Assembly (NCBI GenBank): GCA_938045545.1
Contig: CALIBN010000006.1
Location: 1-64,000, forward strand
Direction: 5' to 3'
Origin: an uncultured archaeon
GTDB lineage: Archaea; Thermoproteota; EX4484-205; JAAOZP01
DNA length: 64,000 nucleotides
A model generated the notes under the pieces. The model was not told the DNA's origin, ran no database searches, and saw only the letters and a list, made by a program, of their open reading frames with translations. Position 1 is the stretch's first letter, and each line of letters opens with the position of its first letter. Shown here in pieces: positions 57,453 to 64,000 of the stretch. Position numbers and translations under genes: made by a program.

Positions 57453-58772
57453 ATGAGCAATAGGGATGACCTTGCGAAGCTGCTTTCAAACCTGCTGCAG
57501 ATAGATACGAGTAATCCGCCTGGGAATGAGAGTAATGCTGCCGGCTTTCTAAGAGACTGGCTTTCGGAGAGGGGTGTGGAATCTGAAATCGTGGAGTTCG
57601 AGAAGGGGAGGGCTAACCTGTTTTCCAGGATAAAGGGCTCCGGTGAAGGACCATCATTACTCCTGCTTTCACACACCGATGTTGTTCCTGCTGATCCAGC
57701 GAGGTGGAAGATTCCTCCTTTCTCCGGCGCTGTTAAAGACGGATATATCTGGGGGAGGGGAGCGTTAGACATGAAGAGCATGGTTGCCGTGGAAACCATG
57801 GTTTTCAGCGAAATGGCGGATAAGCGGTTGAAGGGCGACCTAGTTCTCTTAGCGGCGGCCGATGAAGAGAAGGGAGGCTTAGGAGTGAAAAAAATGCTTG
57901 AAAACTCTATGGGAAAAATTATTGCCGACTACGTTATAAACGAGGGCGGGGGAGAGGGGGTGCTCACCAAGAAGGGCTGGCTGTTCGATATTCAGACCGC
58001 TGAAAGAGGAGTCTTTTGGTTTCGTGTTCAAACAAGGGGTTCTCCGGCACACGGCTCAGTACCTGGGCTTGGCGTGAACGCTATAGAAAGGATGCGACCA
58101 TTGCTGAACAGGGTTTCAGAATTCAAGGGGGCTTGCGAACGGGTCGACCCGTCTTGGAGATACGTTGAATCCCTGTTGAAAATGATGGGGCTTGCAGTCG
58201 AGGAAGTGGATGTCAACAATATTGAGATTCTCCTGAATAAGCTGGCGGAAACCGATAGGGGTTTGGGAGAGTCTGCGAAAGCCATGCTTCAGGTTACGAT
58301 GACGCCCACAATGATTCAGGGGGGTGTTAAGGAGAATGTTGTCCCATACGAGTGTAACCTAACCGTTGACTGCAGAGTCCCCCCCGGATACTCTAAGGAG
58401 CGCGCGAAAAGCATGATTACCGGCCTGTTCCATGGCCTTGAATACGAGTTAGAGTTCATACAGGAGTCGGAGCCAACCGTCTCACCTGTCGACACGCCTC
58501 TGTACAGGGTGATTGAGAGTTCTCTCTTGAAGCAGGTTCCCGGAGCTAAGCTTGAACCCACTACTAAGACGGGTGGAACAGATTCAAGATACTTCAGGAG
58601 AATGGGCATACCTGCATACGGCTTTCAGCCTTTAATGGTTGAGGGAAACTATTACGAATGGTCAAGAATGGTGCACGGGGACAACGAGAGGATCTCGATA
58701 GAGAACCTGGACTTCTGCTACAGGGTTTTGAAACAAGTGGTCGACTCATTCATGTCGCCACACCACGGCTAA
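57453..58772 (+). CDS. M20/M25/M40 metallopeptidase (ArgE/DapE-like)
   Basis: SHTDVVP, GRGALDMK, ADEE, INEGG, GGTDSR, VHG.NE. Confidence 0.92.
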   Translation: MSNRDDLAKLLSNLLQIDTSNPPGNESNAAGFLRDWLSERGVESEIVEFEKGRANLFSRIKGSGEGPSLLLLSHTDVVPADPARWKIPPFSGAVKDGYIWGRGALDMKSMVAVETMVFSEMADKRLKGDLVLLAAADEEKGGLGVKKMLENSMGKIIADYVINEGGGEGVLTKKGWLFDIQTAERGVFWFRVQTRGSPAHGSVPGLGVNAIERMRPLLNRVSEFKGACERVDPSWRYVESLLKMMGLAVEEVDVNNIEILLNKLAETDRGLGESAKAMLQVTMTPTMIQGGVKENVVPYECNLTVDCRVPPGYSKERAKSMITGLFHGLEYELEFIQESEPTVSPVDTPLYRVIESSLLKQVPGAKLEPTTKTGGTDSRYFRRMGIPAYGFQPLMVEGNYYEWSRMVHGDNERISIENLDFCYRVLKQVVDSFMSPHHG

Positions 58773-58915
58773 AGCAGGGTTTCGGTTCACACTCCTATGG
58801 GGAATATCCTGCCGATTCCTATCGAGCCGGAGCCATAACGCTGACTATTTCTAAGAATATGGATGCGGGCAATTCGACTAGAGTTTTTAATCAAAAAAAG
58901 CGGAGAATATTTAGT

Positions 58916-59299
58916 TTAGATGTATTGTTTACAGTTGTAACAGTAGTATCTCTTATACTGAGGTATCCATGTTCCAGGCTTGCCGCACTTGGGGCAGAGT
59001 GGTGCTGCCGGTTGAGCAGCGGGGGCTGCGGCGGCCGGAGCCTGCTGCACAGCGGGTGCAGCAGCCACAGCCACTTGGGGTATTTCAATCTTTTTAGAAA
59101 GCAGGATAATGTCGCCAACAGTCTTCACGTCTCCCCACTCTATCTCAACCGTGCTGCCGGCTTTCGTCGAAATATAAAGCGTTATGCCTCCCTCGCCTGG
59201 AACAAGCCCTATTTCCTTAACCGTCCCTACGAAAAGGCAGTCGGGATCGTAAACCTGCATGCCTATTAGTTTCGACTGGGGAATACCTTTTCCACTCAT
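58916..59299 (-). CDS. PRC-barrel domain protein with Ala/Pro linker and C-terminal zinc ribbon
   Basis: SKLIGMQVYD..FVGTVKEI, IEWGDVKTVGDIILL; AAAPAVQQAPAAAAPAAQPAAP; CPKC..WIPQYKRYYCYNC. Confidence 0.82.
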   Translation of the reverse strand: MSGKGIPQSKLIGMQVYDPDCLFVGTVKEIGLVPGEGGITLYISTKAGSTVEIEWGDVKTVGDIILLSKKIEIPQVAVAAAPAVQQAPAAAAPAAQPAAPLCPKCGKPGTWIPQYKRYYCYNCKQYI

Positions 59300-59500
59300 C
59301 GCCGCTAAAAAGCGCTGAGGGTCATATATTAACTTTCACGTTTTTCATCCAGATAAGACTTTTCCCGGCAGATAAACATTGTTGAGACTGTGCAACCATT
59401 TTTAACACCGTCAAAAGCGTTTCCGGCTGGGGTCAGTTTTTCCCCGATACGCCTCGGTGGAAAACTCTTTTAAAAAGAGCAGCCGGTCGAGGAGCATACG

Positions 59501-60739
59501 TCATAGAGATTTGGAACTGAGCTCCTCCACATTCCTCTTAACCTTCTCGAATGCCGCTATTATGTCATCCATATCCTCCTTGGAGCCGAGTAGCACGTTC
59601 TGAGGAAGCCATAAGCCCTCCGCGTAACAGGCTTTCTCAGCCACAGGCAGGCTTAGCTTAGAGTAATCCATTGAACTGCCGTAATACGGGCACGACAATG
59701 GGCATTTTTTAAAATATTCGAGGTACGGCTCCTTGTAAAGCGGCCTCGAGTAACCTACGCTTACAGGTATACCCTCAGCCTTCATCGCCTCGGAGAAAAC
59801 AGCCTTGGATGCTCCTCCAAAGGCTTCTGGGTCATACCTGAATATGTAGAGGTGCCAAGCATGCCTAGTAATCCTCTCGTCATCCTTCAGAGGCTTTAAA
59901 CCATCTATTTTAGAAAGCTTGCCGTTAAGATAGCTCGCGTTCTCCATGCGTCTCCTAGTATGCTCGTCCAGCCTCTCAAGTTGAGCTAGCAAGAGTGCAG
60001 CCTGAAACTCAGTCATACGGTAGTTGACCCCGGGAAGATAATGCTCGTACCATGCTCCCTGCGGGAGGCGGCCGCAGTTATGCAGGCTCCAAGCCTTAAC
60101 GTACAGCTCCTGGTTGCTGGTTACTATGATTCCCCCCTCCCCGCTGGTGATGTTCTTGCTCGACTGGAAGCTGAAGCACCCGAAGTCTCCGAAGCTCCCT
60201 GTCCTCCTCCCCTTCCACTCTGCACCCCAGGCTTGACACGCGTCCTCAACAACGCAGAGATCATGCTTCTCCGCTATCCTCATGACCTCATCCATGTTCG
60301 CCGGCCTGCCCCCTATGTGGACAGGAAGGATCGCCCTTGTTTTTTCAGTAATAGCCTCCTCTATTCTGCGGGGGTCAATATTGAAAGTATCAGGCTCAAT
60401 GTCGACGAAGACGGGTATAGCGTTAACATAAAGGATTGCTGTGGCCGTAGCCATAAACGTGTAGGGGGTTGTTATAACCTCGCTCCCACAGCCTACTCCA
60501 CATGCGCGGAGAGATATTTCGAGCGCGGTTGTGCCACTGGTTACGGCAACACCATACTTGGCATGCTGGTATGCTGCGAACTTCTCCTCGAGCTGCTTAA
60601 CATATTGCCCGCCTATACCCCACACGCCACTCTCCAAGACTTTTTTCAAAGCTTCAAGCTCGCTGCCGTCGAAGACAGGCCACTTTGGAAACGGTTTATC
60701 CCTAACCGGCTTACCTCCTTTTAAAGCTAGTTGAACCAT
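59501..60739 (-). CDS. DegT/DnrJ/EryC1/StrS PLP-dependent aminotransferase (AHBA-synthase-like)
   Basis: SGTTAL, VEDACQAWG, FSFQSSKNITSGEGG, NYRMTEFQAA. Confidence 0.92.
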   Translation of the reverse strand: MVQLALKGGKPVRDKPFPKWPVFDGSELEALKKVLESGVWGIGGQYVKQLEEKFAAYQHAKYGVAVTSGTTALEISLRACGVGCGSEVITTPYTFMATATAILYVNAIPVFVDIEPDTFNIDPRRIEEAITEKTRAILPVHIGGRPANMDEVMRIAEKHDLCVVEDACQAWGAEWKGRRTGSFGDFGCFSFQSSKNITSGEGGIIVTSNQELYVKAWSLHNCGRLPQGAWYEHYLPGVNYRMTEFQAALLLAQLERLDEHTRRRMENASYLNGKLSKIDGLKPLKDDERITRHAWHLYIFRYDPEAFGGASKAVFSEAMKAEGIPVSVGYSRPLYKEPYLEYFKKCPLSCPYYGSSMDYSKLSLPVAEKACYAEGLWLPQNVLLGSKEDMDDIIAAFEKVKRNVEELSSKSL

Positions 60740-60970
60740 GTCTTCAACCCTCTTCTAGCAGTATAAAAATATATCTTGAGAAAAACACCCCGCCACATGG
60801 GTCGACAGTTTTGCGAACATTTCAATCATGTCTCGCAACATTAAACAAAGGTCAAAACTGCGCTCCAACGCCTTTAAAAGTCCCTAGGGTGAGCTAGACG
60901 GAACTGCGGCGTAAAAAGCCTCATAGCCAGATGGCGTTAGCCGGGATGATTTCCGGTTTAAAGCTTAAGG

Positions 60971-63478
60971 CTAGACGCGTAAAACGTAGTTTAAGACGAA
61001 CAGCGTAACGTTGTAGGCAGCGTGCAGTGCTATTGGGCACCACAGTCTGTAGCCTCGTTTCTTGAAAACGTATCCGAGTATGATGCCGACTAGGAAAGCG
61101 GGGAGAAATTGCCAAGGGTTAAGGTGGAAAGCCCCGAAAAGGATTGACGATAATAGTATTCCCCACTTGCTCCCAAAGCTTGACTCTAAGCCCCGCTGCA
61201 TGAACCCTCTGAATAAAACTTCTTCGCAAGGAGCGACGACGAGAATCGTTATTAGAGAAAGAGCAACTAGATCTACGAATGAAGAGGGCGATAGCATTTT
61301 AAAAACTTCTTCAAACCATGGCGGAACAGGTATGAGTTTTTCAACGATCACTCCGGCTGAAAAACCCGTTAAGACGGTTAAAGGAAGAACAAGCAGCGCT
61401 ATTCTATACTCCTGCAGTGCGCTCTGAGAGTCTAATCCAAGGAACCTTAAGCTGATCTTCTTACCAACCATGTAGAGCAAGACTGGGATGACCATCGCAA
61501 ACTCCCCCGTGATGAGCAGTGCTAAGCTATCAATAGTCAAGCCTGTTGAAAAAGAGAATGCTAAAAAGGGTAGTTCTAAGACGGTGGGGAGAAACATTGC
61601 TAGGACAAGCATTAGGAATGATTGAGAAGCCTTCCACGGCACTTTGCCAGGAGCCTCGAACACGGCTTTCTCACCGCATTGTTTCACGGCTTTCCTCTGG
61701 AGCAGTATGGATGCTGCAAGCACTAGGCTTGTTAAACCTGCTAAAGGCAGACCATAAACCCACCTCTCTGATTCTGACCGGCCTAGTGAAACAGCTTCAG
61801 GTTTTCCGAGAGAAATCCCGACTAGGCTTACAACTAGAAGTATTGAAGAAGCCAGCGTTGAAAAGTTCAGAATATAACTCCTGTAGTCTATTGGATTCTG
61901 TGTTTCAAGCCTCTGACTGGCTGTGGGAAAAGGCTCCTCAACAGGAGGCTGGCAGAAAAACGTTTCCGACCTTGCCAGCGTATACTTGGATAACAGGAAG
62001 GCGATTAGGCTTGTGTAGGATACTAGTATGAGGATAATCATGGGCGGGGGTGTGTCTGCGATGCTGATCGTGGTTCTGGCAAGTATTACAGGCATGGAGA
62101 GAAATACGGCTCCGAAAAGCGGTATGAACACGTATAGTAGGGCGCTGAGTGAAAGAGCGTTTGAAGGCTTGCTCAACACTAGTGCTGAGGCTACTGACAG
62201 GATGGATGAGAAGAGCGTCACAGATAATATGAGCAGGAAATCAAGCACTAGGAAAGGTGTTCCAGCTAAAAGGATGCTGAAAACAGAGTAGAAAACAACG
62301 GCGAAGCTGAAGGTCGCTATAAAGTAGGCTACGAGCATGCCTTTCACGTATCTCCGAAACCCTTTTTCCGAGACCGCTACCGTCCAGAGTGTTTCACGCT
62401 CAATTATTCCCCAGTTTATCGAGAAGATCGCCGGGATTAAAGGGGTGTAGAGTATGCTGAAGGTTAAGGCTGCCAGCGCGAAGAATCTAAACTGCCTAAC
62501 TAGAATCGGGAAGCTTAAATTGGCGAGTGTAGCGATTGCGAAGAGCATAATGGCCGTGAAAAGACTGCCATCCCTCAATATCCTCAGGAGGTTCAGCTTA
62601 ACGACTAAAGCCGTCGGCTTCTCACTCATTTTAGGCGAAAGTATCTGTGTGAAAGTCCTTGGAACCCATCTAAGTATTCTACGGTTGCTCGAAGGCATCT
62701 CCATTAACGCCGTTGTGAGAAGAGGAGTAACATTAGGAAGGAAATTGATCCTCATCACAGCGGAGTAGGAGCCCAAAATCAAAATCAAGTAGGCAAACCA
62801 TATGGCTGTTTCCAGGGTTCCTAAAGAGCCTAAAGAGAATTTGGCCAGCAGGGTTGAAGGATAAGGCAGGTCGGAGTAGTTCACATCCAGTCCCATTGCC
62901 ATGCTTACCAGAGGCATGAAGAGTGTGAGAAGGATAACCCATCCAGCTGCCTCGACGCCAACTTCTTTCACGATACTCTTCAGAACCCCCAGTATCTGGG
63001 CTATTGTTGAAGAGGAAAAAAGCATCATCTCATAGGATAGAAAGACAGCGGGCAGAGCGTTTAAACGAGGATAGAGCATCACGGCCATGAAGGAAATTAA
63101 CGGCGGAGTGACGGCGAAGTTTAGGAAGAAGAATTGGAAAAGCAGGTCTGCCACAAGATATGTTGAAGGCCTTATGGGTGATGTTAAGACAAAGTCTATT
63201 TCCGGTTCAAGTGCCGTTATTCCTCCTTTAAGACCTAAGAAGACGCCCATGGCGATCACGCTTGAAAAAGTTATCGATATTACGTTGACAAGCTCCCTCT
63301 CGCTCATCTCGGAGAAACCATAGACCCCTCTTATGAAAAACCCGCTGAAAAGAGACGAGAAAACAATGACGAAGTAAAACATGACTGTGGAGAACTTTAC
63401 TGAGGGACTTCTCCTTAACGGTCCATAATACTGGAGAAGCTTGAAAAAGAATATTTGCAGAACCCTAGAGCCTCCCAC
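60971..63478 (-). CDS. ABC exporter permease fused to a CPBP (CAAX/Abi/Rce1-like) intramembrane metalloprotease
   Basis: N-terminal ~500 aa multi-TM region with EIDFVLTSPI; C-terminal EEVLFRG, FGAFH, HAAYN. Confidence 0.8.
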   Translation of the reverse strand: MGGSRVLQIFFFKLLQYYGPLRRSPSVKFSTVMFYFVIVFSSLFSGFFIRGVYGFSEMSERELVNVISITFSSVIAMGVFLGLKGGITALEPEIDFVLTSPIRPSTYLVADLLFQFFFLNFAVTPPLISFMAVMLYPRLNALPAVFLSYEMMLFSSSTIAQILGVLKSIVKEVGVEAAGWVILLTLFMPLVSMAMGLDVNYSDLPYPSTLLAKFSLGSLGTLETAIWFAYLILILGSYSAVMRINFLPNVTPLLTTALMEMPSSNRRILRWVPRTFTQILSPKMSEKPTALVVKLNLLRILRDGSLFTAIMLFAIATLANLSFPILVRQFRFFALAALTFSILYTPLIPAIFSINWGIIERETLWTVAVSEKGFRRYVKGMLVAYFIATFSFAVVFYSVFSILLAGTPFLVLDFLLILSVTLFSSILSVASALVLSKPSNALSLSALLYVFIPLFGAVFLSMPVILARTTISIADTPPPMIILILVSYTSLIAFLLSKYTLARSETFFCQPPVEEPFPTASQRLETQNPIDYRSYILNFSTLASSILLVVSLVGISLGKPEAVSLGRSESERWVYGLPLAGLTSLVLAASILLQRKAVKQCGEKAVFEAPGKVPWKASQSFLMLVLAMFLPTVLELPFLAFSFSTGLTIDSLALLITGEFAMVIPVLLYMVGKKISLRFLGLDSQSALQEYRIALLVLPLTVLTGFSAGVIVEKLIPVPPWFEEVFKMLSPSSFVDLVALSLITILVVAPCEEVLFRGFMQRGLESSFGSKWGILLSSILFGAFHLNPWQFLPAFLVGIILGYVFKKRGYRLWCPIALHAAYNVTLFVLNYVLRV

Positions 63479-63998
63479 CCTCTATTCCCCCGACTATTCT
63501 GAAGAAGGCTTCCTCCAACGTCGCCGTGGATTCAAGCCCCACGGTTTTCTTAAGCCCGTCTATGGAACCGTCGGCGATGCTTCTCCCCCTGTTTATTATT
63601 GTGGCGCTGGTGCAGAATCTCTCAGCCATGTCGAGCATATGCGTGCACACGAGTGCCGCTCCACCGTCGCCGACAATGTTTTTAACAAGGTTTTTCACGA
63701 GACGCTGGCCCTCTGGATCCAGGCCGATGAAAGGCTCATCCATTATTATGAGCTTAGGCTGATGTATGAATACTGTTGCCAAAGCTAGCCTCTGCTTCAA
63801 GCCTTTCGAAAGCTCAAGGATAAACCTGTTTTCATAACCTTTAAGGTCAAACATGCTTAGAAACTCCTGGACCCTCTTCCTAGTCTCCTCCCCTGGTTCA
63901 ACCCCCCTGATCCTTGCAATATACCCTAGAAACTCCTTGGGAGTAAGATAGTCTGGGAGGGAAGGGGCTTCAGGCAAGTATCCAACCAGCCTTTTAAA
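63465..63998 (-). CDS. ABC transporter ATP-binding protein (5' end outside window)
   Basis: VGYLPE, LSKGLKQR, MDEPFIGLDP, CTHML, LEEAF. Confidence 0.9.
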   Translation of the reverse strand, partial: FKRLVGYLPEAPSLPDYLTPKEFLGYIARIRGVEPGEETRKRVQEFLSMFDLKGYENRFILELSKGLKQRLALATVFIHQPKLIIMDEPFIGLDPEGQRLVKNLVKNIVGDGGAALVCTHMLDMAERFCTSATIINRGRSIADGSIDGLKKTVGLESTATLEEAFFRIVGGIEGGRL

Positions 63999-64000
63999 AC

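Noticed and set aside
58658-59269. 203-aa plus-strand ORF
   Set aside because: Overlaps the M20 peptidase end and lies antisense to the PRC-barrel gene; no motifs.
60041-60724. 227-aa plus-strand ORF
   Set aside because: Antisense shadow of the DegT aminotransferase.
60806-60860. Overlapping inverted repeats (TTGCGAACAT/ATGTCTCGCAA and CAGTTTTG/CAAAACTG)
   Set aside because: They lie upstream of the DegT TATA box rather than in a leader. They are short and imperfect, with no support for a riboswitch.
1-64000. tRNA, rRNA, C/D-box sRNA, CRISPR arrays, IS elements
   Set aside because: By eye I found no cloverleaf, paired C/D boxes, regularly spaced repeats, transposase or terminal inverted repeats. 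A covariance-model scan would be needed to exclude small RNAs.

Overview
Gene-dense archaeal chromosomal segment, probably a thermophilic TACK-type lineage such as Brockarchaeota or Bathyarchaeia. This is inferred from TIP49, archaeal PolB, GAPN, AlaX-M, TATA/BRE promoters and many sugar-catabolic genes. I recognised no rRNA, tRNA, CRISPR array, integrase or transposase. Most genes are housekeeping or metabolic. One accessory island (about 8.5-17.1 kb) holds a dTDP-rhamnose operon and a flippase, bracketed by four VapBC toxin-antitoxin modules, with operator-like repeats and recurring GCRYGC motifs between genes. Several genes are broken by 1-bp indels, mostly in short homopolymers, so part of the apparent pseudogenisation may be assembly error. 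The most interesting items are: (1) a stand-alone archaeo-eukaryotic primase (AEP) domain fused to an uncharacterised helical domain (36118-37473); (2) a family B polymerase with intact polymerase motifs but a dead proofreading site and a degenerate uracil pocket (48082-50424); (3) a bacterial-type RNase HIII (43261-44118); (4) a long bactofilin-like beta-helix repeat protein followed by a winged-helix regulator (38987-40516); (5) a C-terminal zinc-ribbon tag shared by a PRC-barrel protein and a membrane protein; (6) an ABC-permease/CAAX-protease fusion; (7) a RimK-like ligase with a large insertion, coupled to rpe. All calls come from reading motifs by eye; no searches were run.
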